Shown here piece by piece: positions 37,889 through 47,937 of a stretch of 64,000 bases of DNA. Source of the stretch: an uncultured virus (IMG/VR IMGVR_UViG_2671180842_000001) (lineage: Duplodnaviria; Heunggongvirae; Uroviricota; Caudoviricetes). The DNA lies in the IMG/VR virus record IMGVR_UViG_2671180842_000001; one strand, given 5' to 3'. Each line of letters opens with the position of its first letter. Position 1 is the stretch's first letter. The notes under the pieces were generated by a model, which saw nothing but the letters and a program-made list of their open reading frames with translations, did no database searches and was not told the origin of the DNA. The translations under genes and the position numbers were made by a program.

Positions 37889-38933
37889 TAGTCAAACTTA
37901 TGATGTCATTAAAAATAGAACTCTATCAAATATAGATTTAGATATCTATAAGGGTGAGGGTTCTTTTTTAAGTGATATGGTATCTCCAATCAGTACAGAA
38001 CTCGCAAAATTCTATATAGAACTTTCATATCTTCATAAAAAAGCTTTTATTGAAGATAATTTTGATGATTTTCTTGATAAACGGGTAAATGAATTTGGAG
38101 TATACAGAAAACTAGGAACAGAAGCTACAGGAGAAGTGGTATTCGAGGGAAAAGCTGGAACAGTTATACCAAATGGAACAATTATATCTTACAATGAGTT
38201 ATTATTCGTAGTAATTAAAGATATAGTAATTAGTTCGGAAATCGAACAAAATACAAGCCCCGTACAGGCTTTAGAAATTGGAATTAGATATAATATACCT
38301 GCAAGTACTGAATTTAAGCTACAAGACGAAATAAACGGTATAAGTAAAATATATAATAATTTAGACTTTAAAGGTGGTACAGAAATAGAAACAGACGAAG
38401 AATTAAAAGAGAGATTCTATAAAATCCAAAGAAATCAAGCTACAAGTGGAAATAAAGCTCACTATGAAGAATGGGCTTTAGAAGTTGAAGGAGTATATAA
38501 CGCTAAAATCTATCCGAGATGGGATGGTCCAGGGACGGTAAAGGTATTAATATTTGGAGAAAATAATCAAGCTGTTGACACAGAAGTAATTGAAAGATGC
38601 AAAGAACATATTGAGGAAGAAATGCCAATAGGTCCTGCGTTAACCGTTTTAACTCCAAGCGTTTTAGATATAAGTATAAGTGCATCTATAAAATTAGAAG
38701 CGGGATATACATTAGATTTTGTAAAAGAAAGCTTCTTAGAGAGTATTAATAGTTATTTAATAAATGTTAATAAAGAAATAATTTACACTAAAGTAAGTGC
38801 AATACTTGCGTCTATTGAGGGTATACATGACTTTAGCAATTTACTGTTAAATAACAAAGCTGAAAATATAGTATTTGAAGAAGACAAAGTTCCAAGTGTT
38901 ACGACCCTAGAGTTTAGTGAGGTGGTAGTTTAA
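37881..38933 (+). CDS. Baseplate J-like (XkdT) protein
   Basis: GGTEIETDEELKER; SGNKAHYEEWALEV; GPGTVKV. Confidence 0.9.
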   Translation: MYSSQTYDVIKNRTLSNIDLDIYKGEGSFLSDMVSPISTELAKFYIELSYLHKKAFIEDNFDDFLDKRVNEFGVYRKLGTEATGEVVFEGKAGTVIPNGTIISYNELLFVVIKDIVISSEIEQNTSPVQALEIGIRYNIPASTEFKLQDEINGISKIYNNLDFKGGTEIETDEELKERFYKIQRNQATSGNKAHYEEWALEVEGVYNAKIYPRWDGPGTVKVLIFGENNQAVDTEVIERCKEHIEEEMPIGPALTVLTPSVLDISISASIKLEAGYTLDFVKESFLESINSYLINVNKEIIYTKVSAILASIEGIHDFSNLLLNNKAENIVFEEDKVPSVTTLEFSEVVV

Positions 38934-39541
38934 TGAAATTAATTGATAAGCTACCTTCTTTTTACAACAATAATGTTACTAGTAAAATACAAGAAGCTTA
39001 TGACATAGAACTAGAAACACTTAGAGAAACTTATGACGATACTTTTGACCAGTTCTTTGTAGATACAGCCACTTGGGGATTGGATTATTGGGAAAATATT
39101 TTATCTATTAAAAATAGATTTGATTTAAATATAGAAGATAGAAGAAGTAATATAAAAGCAAAAATGAGAGGTAAGGGTACAACTACGATAGAAGTTATAA
39201 AAGCTATATCAGAAGCCTACACAAAGACTAATGTTGATGTAGAAGTTTTTAGCAATCTATTTAGTTTTACACTTAGTTTTATAACAAATGATTGTAGTTA
39301 TAACACTATTTTAGAGTTAGACAAGAAAATAGAAGAAATAAAACCTGCGCATTTAGAACATAAATTTGAGAGAGTTTTATTTGATAAAAGTAGACTTTAC
39401 GCAGGTGCGACGATTAGTGCAGGGGAAACAGTTACAATATATCCTTATGTACCTAGAGATTTAGAAAGTTTTGGAGAAATAGCTATTTGCAGTGGAAATG
39501 ATAGAGCGCTAGAAAAAGTAACATTGTATCCTAAAAAATAG
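38933..39541 (+). CDS. XkdU-like baseplate protein
   Basis: QFFVDTATWGLDYWE; IKPAHL. Confidence 0.85.
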   Translation: MKLIDKLPSFYNNNVTSKIQEAYDIELETLRETYDDTFDQFFVDTATWGLDYWENILSIKNRFDLNIEDRRSNIKAKMRGKGTTTIEVIKAISEAYTKTNVDVEVFSNLFSFTLSFITNDCSYNTILELDKKIEEIKPAHLEHKFERVLFDKSRLYAGATISAGETVTIYPYVPRDLESFGEIAICSGNDRALEKVTLYPKK

Positions 39542-39548
39542 AAATGAG

Positions 39549-40337
39549 GTGATAAAATTGGCAGAACAACAATATTTTACTCTAGTAACTGACATTGGTA
39601 AGGCAGCAATAGCAAATGCAAGTGTTACAGGTGAAAAAGTAGATTTTGCAAAGATAAAAGTTGGAGATGGAGGAGGGAGTTCTTATACTCCAAATGAGAG
39701 TCAAACAGCACTAAAAAATGTAGTTTGGGAAAGCACACTTGAACATGCACAAGGAGATAAAGATAATCCTAACTGGGTAGTAATACAAAAATTCATACCT
39801 GGTGATGTTGGAGGATTTGAAATAAGAGAAGTTGGTCTATTTGATTCTAAAGACCAATTATTAGCGGTTTCTAGTTACCCAACAACATATAAACCTAAAG
39901 CAGATTCGGGGACTGTAAAAGAACTATTAATAAAAGTAATATTAGTTGTATCTAATGTGGCTAATATTAATCTAAAGGTAGACCCTACTGTTATACTTGC
40001 CACATTAAAAGATTTACAGGACCTAGACTCTAAAATTGATACAAACAAAACGGAATTAACAAGCAACATAGAAACTGCTAAAACAGAGTTAAACAATAAA
40101 ATAGGGGATACAACACAACTTACCACAACAGATAAAACTAGTCTTGTTGGTGCGTTAAATGAGGTAAAAACTAGTGTAGATAGTATAGAAACAACAGCAG
40201 AGAAAACAAGTTATAATAATGCAACAAGCAACCTTACTGCTACGAATGTGCAAGGGGCGATTGATGAAGTTGTTAGAAAAATAGAAAATTTTAATGAGAT
40301 TAATATAAATACAATAAATAATATATTACCTATATAG
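39549..40337 (+). CDS. Tail fibre/collar protein
   Basis: TDIGKAAIANA...GGFEIREVGLFD; LTTTDKTSLVGALNEV. Confidence 0.85.
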   Translation: MIKLAEQQYFTLVTDIGKAAIANASVTGEKVDFAKIKVGDGGGSSYTPNESQTALKNVVWESTLEHAQGDKDNPNWVVIQKFIPGDVGGFEIREVGLFDSKDQLLAVSSYPTTYKPKADSGTVKELLIKVILVVSNVANINLKVDPTVILATLKDLQDLDSKIDTNKTELTSNIETAKTELNNKIGDTTQLTTTDKTSLVGALNEVKTSVDSIETTAEKTSYNNATSNLTATNVQGAIDEVVRKIENFNEININTINNILPI

Positions 40338-40350
40338 AAAGGAGAATGAA

Positions 40351-42045
40351 ATGGCTAAGATTTATGACTTTAATTATATACATGGAGAACAAGAAGTTGT
40401 TTTGCCACCAGGAAAGTATTTACTTGAATGTTGGGGAGCAGCTGGTGGTGGAGGCATTAGAATAGTTGACTTTAACTTACGTTCAAAAGGAGGATATTCG
40501 AAAGGAGAATTAACTTTAAGAAAAGAAACAACATTGTATGTTTACGCTGGTTCGAAAGGTTCAAATTATGACTCTACATTTAATGGTGGAGGAAAAGCAA
40601 TGATGCATGAAGGAACTTCTGGTGGAGGAGTACTGTATTGTAATGGTGGCGGAGCAACAGATATAAGACTTATTGGTGGTTCTTGGGATAATGAACAAAG
40701 TCTTTTATCTAGAATAATTGTAGCAGGTGGAGGTGGTAGAAATAATTTTGAAACAAAAGGTGGAGATGGTGGTGGAGATACTGGAGGTGATGGTTCTAAA
40801 GCAGATAGCAAAGGAACTCAAACTAACGGTGGTAAAGGCGAAGCAGGATTAGATGGCTCTTTTGGAAAAGGCGGAAGTGCTGTATCAGCTAGCTCAAGAG
40901 AAAATTATGGCGGTGGAGGTGGAGGATGGTATGGAGGTGGAAGTGGTTATAATGCAGGTGGTGGAAGTGGCTATGTTTTAACAGAAAATAGCTATAAACC
41001 AGCTGGATATACGCCAACTTCTGAATATTGGCTAGAAAATACTTCTATGACTGTTGGTGGAGGTATTGCAGAAGAAAACGGAAAGGCTAGAATAACACTA
41101 TTGCAAGGTTTGCCTTTTCTCGTTATTAGTTCTTATACATCGCAACAAGCTATTTTTACAGCAGGACATACAGAAGAAAATAAACTATCTAAAATTGAAT
41201 GTTTTATAGATGATGTATTAAAAGAAACTTTTACTACAGATTTATACTTAGAAAAAACTATTAACTATACACTTGAAGATAATGCACTTCATACACTTAA
41301 AATAGTTGTTACAGATATTAATAACATGACTTATGAGCAAGTTGTTACTATAAGTAAGAGTATAATGCCACTTCCAGCAGATGCTAATTTACAAGATATA
41401 TCAACTAAGTTAGTAGAGATAGGAGAAAGTTTTAAAAGTGGTAAAACAAGTATTATAAATACTTTAGCATTAAAGAATATAGAAGCAAATTTAAACAATA
41501 CTCTAGTGGAATTGTCAGAGAAAATTAAAACTTCTTTTGATAGTTCAGATGCAAGTGTGCAGGATTTGATGAATCAGTTGACACAAGCTAATAATACTAT
41601 AAGTCAGTTAAATACAAAATATAAAGTTGCATCAGGACGTACCAGTACAATAACAGACACAACATCAACTGCTTATTTGTATGTTAATAGCGAATCTAAT
41701 CCTAATTATCCAATGAAACCAGGTGGATGGATTAATATTGAAGGATTAGATTTTATCCCCAATATCTTTTTTGCTGAATGTGAATGTACACTTAATAGCC
41801 CAACACAATTTTATAAATACTTAATATTTGCTACTTATTCAATTCCATCACTTTCTGATAAAGATTTTGTAATTACAACTGCTCTTCGAAAAACAAATTC
41901 AGATACCAAATTTACAGCTGATGGTCAGGTTTATATAAACAATAGAGGTAATACTTATATAAATAATCAAGGTGTCTATGTTCCTGCTTATAGACCTTCT
42001 GTGTCTTATGTTTCATATAATTGGTATGCTATAAAATTTAAATAA
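40351..42045 (+). CDS. Glycine-rich tail fibre/receptor-binding protein
   Basis: ECWGAAGG, GGGATDIRL, IIVAGGGG glycine-rich domain. Confidence 0.8.
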   Translation: MAKIYDFNYIHGEQEVVLPPGKYLLECWGAAGGGGIRIVDFNLRSKGGYSKGELTLRKETTLYVYAGSKGSNYDSTFNGGGKAMMHEGTSGGGVLYCNGGGATDIRLIGGSWDNEQSLLSRIIVAGGGGRNNFETKGGDGGGDTGGDGSKADSKGTQTNGGKGEAGLDGSFGKGGSAVSASSRENYGGGGGGWYGGGSGYNAGGGSGYVLTENSYKPAGYTPTSEYWLENTSMTVGGGIAEENGKARITLLQGLPFLVISSYTSQQAIFTAGHTEENKLSKIECFIDDVLKETFTTDLYLEKTINYTLEDNALHTLKIVVTDINNMTYEQVVTISKSIMPLPADANLQDISTKLVEIGESFKSGKTSIINTLALKNIEANLNNTLVELSEKIKTSFDSSDASVQDLMNQLTQANNTISQLNTKYKVASGRTSTITDTTSTAYLYVNSESNPNYPMKPGGWINIEGLDFIPNIFFAECECTLNSPTQFYKYLIFATYSIPSLSDKDFVITTALRKTNSDTKFTADGQVYINNRGNTYINNQGVYVPAYRPSVSYVSYNWYAIKFK

Positions 42046-42058
42046 ATGAGGTGATAAA

Positions 42059-42352
42059 ATGAATAGAGCAAATAGAATAATATATGACCAAACAGGAAAA
42101 ATATTGCTACAGACAGGAGAAGCAACAGGAGATGTATTAGAACATAATGAAATAATTGAATTGAATTGGATTGATATAGATTACGGAAGTGTAGATTACA
42201 CTAAGAATAGGATTACAGGTATAAATATAGAAACTAAACAACCTATCTTAGAAGAAATACCAGTATATATAACAGAAGAAGAAAAAAGAATCAAGGAGTT
42301 AGAAAATCAAATTTTACTAAATGAAAATGAGAAAGTAGGAGGTATTTTATAA
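42059..42352 (+). CDS. Tail fibre-associated (chaperone-like) protein
   Basis: Synteny. Confidence 0.6.
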   Translation: MNRANRIIYDQTGKILLQTGEATGDVLEHNEIIELNWIDIDYGSVDYTKNRITGINIETKQPILEEIPVYITEEEKRIKELENQILLNENEKVGGIL

Positions 42353-42534
42353 TGAATATAAACAATGTTGTAGTAAGAATATTAGCAGAAAGAATATTAA
42401 GTAAGGGATTAAATCCTCTAAAAAATAGAGAATTTCAGTTAGATGACGTGACTAACACAGAGTACAGAAAAGCTGTAGAGGATTATATTATAAAAAATAG
42501 TGGAGTAGTAGAAGGAGCAGAACCAACTATATAG
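42352..42534 (+). CDS. Small tail-associated protein
   Basis: Translationally coupled to the upstream gene. Confidence 0.6.
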   Translation: MNINNVVVRILAERILSKGLNPLKNREFQLDDVTNTEYRKAVEDYIIKNSGVVEGAEPTI

Positions 42535-42569
42535 AGGGTTCTTTTTTTTTATTGAAAGAAGGTGACTAA

Positions 42570-43136
42570 ATGACTTTTAAAGAGTTGGTTAATAAAGTTA
42601 GAAATCTTGTATTAGAAGCAAAGAATGTAACTATAGAAGATACAGAAAGTAAATTTACGAGTGAAAATGTAGAAGGAGCATTGAAAGAATGTATAGATAG
42701 AGCAGATGAGGCTTTTCAAGAAGCCGATAGTGGAAAAACACTTTTATCAACTGCTATCGGCTCTCCTGCTACATCAGAACAAACATTTCAAGATTATGCG
42801 AACTATATTACAGGATTTAAGAGCAATATAAGCAATTTAGAAACTCAATTGAAAAGCAAATATTCTATTAGATATGGTCCTATTGATGGATATGATGGTA
42901 ATCCTTTTTCTGCTAATTTTGGCAAGAGTGCAAGTTACCTTATTGTCTATGTTTACTTTAGAAGAAATGTATATTATTATAATCCCAGTGGTAGTTCTTT
43001 AGGAAGTAGTACAGGAGGTTCTGAACGTGCCTGGATTACTATAGATAGCAATAAAACTGGTTTTTCAGTTCATTCATATGATACTAATTATGAGTCATAT
43101 ACTTTTACAGGTTATTATATTGCTTGTTTCGCATAA
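42570..43136 (+). CDS. Tail fibre-related hypothetical protein
   Basis: FTSENVEGALKE; AFQEADSGKTLLSTAIG. Confidence 0.6.
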   Translation: MTFKELVNKVRNLVLEAKNVTIEDTESKFTSENVEGALKECIDRADEAFQEADSGKTLLSTAIGSPATSEQTFQDYANYITGFKSNISNLETQLKSKYSIRYGPIDGYDGNPFSANFGKSASYLIVYVYFRRNVYYYNPSGSSLGSSTGGSERAWITIDSNKTGFSVHSYDTNYESYTFTGYYIACFA

Positions 43137-43166
43137 TAAATTATATTATTAAAACTAGGAGGATGT

Positions 43167-43457
43167 ATGGAAGAAATTAGCATAAATCTATTATGTGCAG
43201 TTGCAGGAGTTGTAATATCCTACTTAGCATTTAGAAATAGCTCAAACAGAAAGATACAAGATGATACAGAAACAACTACAAAATTGGAACAACAAATAAC
43301 TTTTCTGTGTGAGAATGTAAGAGATATAAAGCATGATGTAGCAAAGTTTAATACAAGTTTCTTAGATATCAGTGAACGAGTTGCAAAAGTAGAAGCAAGT
43401 ACAAAACAAGCACATCTTAGAATTGATGAAATTATAAATAGAATTGGAGGAAAATAA
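43167..43457 (+). CDS. Membrane-anchored coiled-coil lysis-module protein
   Basis: N-terminal TM; ERVAKVEASTKQAHLRID. Confidence 0.65.
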   Translation: MEEISINLLCAVAGVVISYLAFRNSSNRKIQDDTETTTKLEQQITFLCENVRDIKHDVAKFNTSFLDISERVAKVEASTKQAHLRIDEIINRIGGK

Positions 43458-43460
43458 AAG

Positions 43461-43718
43461 ATGGATAATTTAATAAGTTTTATACCAGAGCAGTTGCTAA
43501 TTTTAGTTGCTGCTCTTTATGTTATAGGAGCAGGATGTAAGAAGTATAAACAGTTAGATAACAAGTATATTCCAGTAGTGTTATTAGCACTTGGGATAGG
43601 ATTCTCTATTTGGATGTTAGGATTAAATCCTAGTGCAGTCTTACAGGGAATAATTTGTTGGGGAATATCAATAGGTATAAATCAAACTTACAAACAGTTA
43701 AAGGAGGAAAATAAATAA
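43461..43718 (+). CDS. Holin
   Basis: About 3 TM segments, NKYIPVVL, directly before the endolysin. Confidence 0.88.
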   Translation: MDNLISFIPEQLLILVAALYVIGAGCKKYKQLDNKYIPVVLLALGIGFSIWMLGLNPSAVLQGIICWGISIGINQTYKQLKEENK

Positions 43719-44533
43719 TGAAAATAGGTATAAATTGTGGACATACAAAAACAGGACCAGGAAGTGGAGCTATAGGTAAAATAAATGAGTCAATAGAAAC
43801 TAGGAATGTAGGATATAAAGTAATAGATAAAATAAAAAAACTAGGCAATAATGTAGTCGATTGTACTATAGATAAAGCGTCTACTCAATCAGAATGTTTA
43901 TCTAAGATAACAGCACAAGCTAATAGACAAGATTTAGATTGGTTCATATCAATACATTTCAATGCAGGTGGTGGCAAAGGATGCGAAGTTTACACATATA
44001 AAGGTAAGCAGTATCAAGATGCTATAGATGTTTGTAAAAAAATTTCTGATTTAGGATTTACAAATCGAGGGGTAAAAGATGGAAGTGGATTATATGTAGT
44101 AAAGAAAACAAAAGCTAAAAGTATGCTAATAGAAGTATGTTTTGTAGACACCGAAGATGCAAATAAGTATTTGAGTTTAGGAGCTGATAAATTAGCTACT
44201 GCAATAGTAGAAGCTATAACTAAACATATAAGTTCAGCAGAAGAAAACAATTATAATAGATATAAACATACAATAGTGTATAGTGGTGATGATAAAGTAT
44301 CAGCAGACATTTTAGGACTATATTATAATAGAGAAAAAGAAAGTTACTTAGTAACAGATATAAAAGACTATAAACCACATAGAACACAAAATCTATATGT
44401 AATCGGTGGAGTAACTTGTAATAAAATGAAGGAAATGAGTAAGACTACAGGAGAAAAATTTACTCAACTATATGGTAATGATGTATGGTCAACAATGGAT
44501 AAAGCTATAGAATTTGTAAAAGAAAAATTGTAG
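43718..44533 (+). CDS. Endolysin, N-acetylmuramoyl-L-alanine amidase (Amidase_3) with CD27L-type C-terminal domain
   Basis: NCGH, ISIHFNA, LIEVCFVD; YKHTIVY. Confidence 0.93.
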   Translation: MKIGINCGHTKTGPGSGAIGKINESIETRNVGYKVIDKIKKLGNNVVDCTIDKASTQSECLSKITAQANRQDLDWFISIHFNAGGGKGCEVYTYKGKQYQDAIDVCKKISDLGFTNRGVKDGSGLYVVKKTKAKSMLIEVCFVDTEDANKYLSLGADKLATAIVEAITKHISSAEENNYNRYKHTIVYSGDDKVSADILGLYYNREKESYLVTDIKDYKPHRTQNLYVIGGVTCNKMKEMSKTTGEKFTQLYGNDVWSTMDKAIEFVKEKL

Positions 44534-44849
44534 AGTTAAAGGTGAGAATATGTTAATACAAGAGAAAAGTTTTTATCCAAACAACATTTACCCCCAAAAT
44601 AGATTTTCTCAAAATAAAAAGGCAGTTAAAATCAATATACAATAATAGTTTATCAGATTGTGGAAGCATATGTATAATAGAAAGAAAAGACTATTCTATA
44701 AGTGTAAACAGTATAGGTGAAGTGAATGTATACTATGATTCAAAGTTTAAGCAATGCGTTCAAGATGCAATAAGAGATATTGAATTAATGTTTAAAAGTC
44801 AAATTAGAAGTTTTTATTTAATAGATAGATTAGAAGGTAGCAACTAGAG

Positions 44850-45059
44850 TTAGTTGTTACCTTCTTTTTTTATACCTACTTTTCCATACTCTCTTTCAAG
44901 TGCTGACTTTTTAAAAACCCACGTAGTACCGAATTTTTTACAGTCTTCGCCTTCTATAAATTTTCTGTTTCTTATATTTAATCTTAATGTGCTTTCCCCT
45001 TTCTTGTAAAGTTCACAAGCGTCTTTTATAGAAATAAGTTCCTCAAATATATCTTTCAT
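44850..45059 (-). CDS. Small HTH DNA-binding protein
   Basis: ISIKDACELY...GEDCKKFGTTWVF; AGGAG RBS. Confidence 0.7.
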   Translation of the reverse strand: MKDIFEELISIKDACELYKKGESTLRLNIRNRKFIEGEDCKKFGTTWVFKKSALEREYGKVGIKKEGNN

Positions 45060-45213
45060 TTCAACAACTCCTTTTATTTATATTATAATCGCAAAAGTTT
45101 AAAAAGACAAGGAAAAAAATAAACGCAAAAGTTTAATAAAAGTGTTGACTCAATAAACGTAAACGCTTATAATATAATTAAAGAAAGAAATAATCAAAAG
45201 GAGGATATAAAAA

Positions 45214-45683
45214 ATGAATAAACAAAAAGCTAGAAGATTTTTAAGAGTTATAGATATGAATATAGATAAAATAGAAGAAGAAGCTATAAAAGCTTTTAAA
45301 GAAAGTTGTTTAATCAAAGAGACTAATGATATAAAAATTATATCGATATACAAGGAAAAGTTGAAGCGATAGCAGTTCAAACTTGGGCTAAACTTTTAGG
45401 TGATGACAAAGAAATTAATATTTTCACATTAAATCAAGCACCAACTCATTTAGACGATATGTTTGGAGAAATTTACCATGTAAATGATTATGAAGAGTTC
45501 GAAAAATGGTGTGAAAAGGAAGATAAAAGTTTGAATTGGGATAGTTATGAAAAATTCAATAAAGAAAATTTCGAAGAAATCGCTGAAAGAAATATAGATG
45601 ATAGCTCATCAGCTTTTTTAGAAAAATTACACGAAAGCATTGAAAATTGTAAACAAGAATTGCAAAATATAGTTGAAAATTAA
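45214..45683 (+). CDS. Hypothetical protein (frameshift near 45340)
   Basis: AGGAGG RBS and ATG 45214; joins ORF 45459-45683; promoter TTGACT..TATAAT upstream. Confidence 0.55.
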
Positions 45684-45789
45684 GTAGAAGAGTATTATTA
45701 TTAATGTATATAGTATCGTTTTTGATTAACTATACGGAAATAAAAGCAGTGTATTCAATAAATACACTGCTTTTTTTAATGCTAAAGAT

Positions 45790-46098
45790 TTAATTATTAT
45801 GATAACTCAATCCTTCGATTAAAAATCCTACATTCATTGTCATTTCTGCTTCGTCGCTTTGTAATATTCCTTCCGTAAATTCGCTGTCGCTTGGTAATGA
45901 TACTTTTTTTCTCGCAACTGCTTCTATGATTGTCTGAAATAGTTTAATTTTCATATCCTTATCAAATCCAGCGTATCGCAAAAAATTTACAACTTCTTGT
46001 GAAAACTTATTTAATTCAGATTTAGTCATTTTTCCAGATAACTCTTTTCCAATTTGCAGATAAACATTCTTAGATTGTTCAATATACATCTTTTCCAA
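45790..46098 (-). CDS. Hypothetical protein
   Basis: ORF with AAGGGG RBS. Confidence 0.55.
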   Translation of the reverse strand: MEKMYIEQSKNVYLQIGKELSGKMTKSELNKFSQEVVNFLRYAGFDKDMKIKLFQTIIEAVARKKVSLPSDSEFTEGILQSDEAEMTMNVGFLIEGLSYHNN

Positions 46099-46231
46099 CC
46101 CCTTTTTAGATTATAGTTAAAACATATTATTTAAACAATATCAATATATTGCAAAATAATATTAAAATATTACTTAAATATTATATATACAATATTTAAG
46201 TAATATCTAAACAATATAAATATAATATTAT

Positions 46232-46566
46232 TTACTTTTTCTTAGTCTTATTTCTTCTATTTCTCTCGTTGTATATATTTAAATTCTCTTCTTTTATAGT
46301 GACATCAGATAAAATCCGAGTTAGTATATCGCTTAATAATTTACTGACGTCACTGTTCATATCAATAGAAAAAGATTTTAATTTATTTACAAGTTCTTCA
46401 TCAAGCGTTGCGCTCATGGTTACCTTTTTACTTTTCTTATTAACTAGATTATATATATTTAATGTCTTATTGTCTGTAGTTGTAGAATCATTTTGTATGA
46501 TTGTTCCATTTTTTTAAAAACTGGTTTTTCTTTATTAGATAAAAGTTCTCCGTCGAATCTTGGCAT
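46232..46566 (-). CDS. Putative centromere-binding RHH partner of ParA (frameshift near 46510)
   Basis: ATG abuts the parA stop; KVTMSATLDEELVNKLK...VSKLLSDIL RHH-like. Confidence 0.6.
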
Positions 46567-47385
46567 CTATAACACTCCTTTTCTTTTCAATTCTTCTAAC
46601 ATATTAGTAAATTCCTGTCTGCTGAAATGCTCTTTAGTTATTTTTGTATAATCTGTTAGAGATAGTTTTTTTAATAGTGCCTTCTCTATAAACTCATTTT
46701 TTCTAATGTATGTATCTAACATAATATCTCTCATATCGTTAAACCCTTCCAGATAAGAATCGAAAGTATCGCTAATTTGAGTTTTCTTCTTCTCAAATCC
46801 AACTAAAATAGTACTTTTTATATTATCCTCCTTATCAAAATAGGTTCTATCAACATCCCAGAGTTGTTTAAATAATTCTGCTCCTCTTAAAGAAGAAATG
46901 TTTTTATCTTGAATTGGAATAATTATACTATCTGCTAAGAAAAGCACATTTTTAGCTGTCAAATCGTAGCGTGGAGATAAATCACAGATAATATAATCAT
47001 ACTCACTCAAAGTATTAAAGTTTTGCATGTACCAGCGAGCTAAAAATTTTTCTCTGGCTGGTAAAGGTGATAGCTCTTGTTCAAATCTAGCCATTTGTAT
47101 GTCAGAAGGAATTAAGTCTACATTAATGTAATTTTCATTAGGTGACTTGACTATTGCATCATTAGCACTAATCCCTTTTAAAATATCTAATGTAGTATTA
47201 TCATTATGATTTATTTCATAAACATATTGTGTTAGATTTGCTTGTACATCTAAGTCCCATAAGAGTATTTTTTTATCTTTATCTTTCGCAAGTTCATACG
47301 CTGTCATTATAGACGTTGTTGTCTTATAGATACCTCCTTTTATGTTAAAGTACGTAAGTAGCTTTGTATTAGCCATTTTCTCCAC
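46567..47385 (-). CDS. parA: ParA/Soj partition ATPase
   Basis: Deviant Walker A KGGIYKTT, WDLDVQANLT, YDYIICDLSP. Confidence 0.92.
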   Translation of the reverse strand: MEKMANTKLLTYFNIKGGIYKTTTSIMTAYELAKDKDKKILLWDLDVQANLTQYVYEINHNDNTTLDILKGISANDAIVKSPNENYINVDLIPSDIQMARFEQELSPLPAREKFLARWYMQNFNTLSEYDYIICDLSPRYDLTAKNVLFLADSIIIPIQDKNISSLRGAELFKQLWDVDRTYFDKEDNIKSTILVGFEKKKTQISDTFDSYLEGFNDMRDIMLDTYIRKNEFIEKALLKKLSLTDYTKITKEHFSRQEFTNMLEELKRKGVL

Positions 47386-47506
47386 CTCATTATTATATTT
47401 ATAATATTATAATAATATTGTAGTATTGTTTTTATAATATTGCAACAATATATTAATATTGTTAATTACAATATTCAAATAATATAAATACAATTAAAGT
47501 AAAAAA

Positions 47507-47599
47507 TTATCTAGACTTTTTGAATTTGATTTTTAAATCAAATTCCCAACCACTCTTAGTCGCGTTTGAGTGGTTTTGTGTTTTTAAACTAATTAACAT
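47507..47599 (-). pseudogene. Truncated type I toxin paralog lacking the hydrophobic helix
   Basis: MLISLKTQNHSNATKSGWEFDLKIKFKKSR*; 30 bp identical to the adjacent toxin gene; no RBS. Confidence 0.5.
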
Positions 47600-47650
47600 A
47601 TATGAAGTGATGTAAAATTGTATCTTTTTTTAAAAAATGTGATATAATAA

Positions 47651-47758
47651 AAGCAAGGAAATAATGATTTACCTTACACAAGAGTAGCTATTTCCAATGC
47701 TTTGAAAAATAACTTATTTTCTTAAACCACTCTTAGTCGCGTTTGAGTGGTTTTTTAT
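47651..47758 (+). ncRNA. Putative antisense antitoxin RNA
   Basis: TTGTAT..TGATATAAT promoter at 47618-47648; terminator AAACCACTC..GAGTGGTTTTTT at 47724-47756 overlapping the toxin 3' end. Confidence 0.65.
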
Positions 47759-47821
47759 TTTATCATATATGAAAGCTGATATAACACCAGCTAGTATACT
47801 CAATAAAAAATTTATCACCAT
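47714..47821 (-). CDS. Type I toxin (35 aa)
   Basis: AGGAGGTG RBS; MVINFLLSILAGVISAFIYDKIKNHSNATKSGLRK. Confidence 0.85.
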   Translation of the reverse strand: MVINFLLSILAGVISAFIYDKIKNHSNATKSGLRK

Positions 47822-47937
47822 ACTGTTCCACCTCCTTCCGTTATGGAATTTGGCGTTTAAATATGGAAATAGCCACCCTTACGCTTTTCAATCATTTTTT
47901 CCTTGCTAAAATTATTATAACATATTTTAACAACTAA

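Larger units (their letters stand above)
1..44533 (+). mobile_element. Prophage A, C. difficile phiC2/phiCD119-like temperate myovirus (left end and integrase outside the window)
   Basis: Colinear immunity, replication, packaging, SPP1-like head, Xkd-like sheath/tube/baseplate and holin-amidase modules. Right boundary is approximate. Confidence 0.9.

Noticed and set aside
39549..43136. Diversity-generating retroelement or invertible tail-fibre system
   Set aside because: No reverse transcriptase, invertase or template/variable repeat pair seen.
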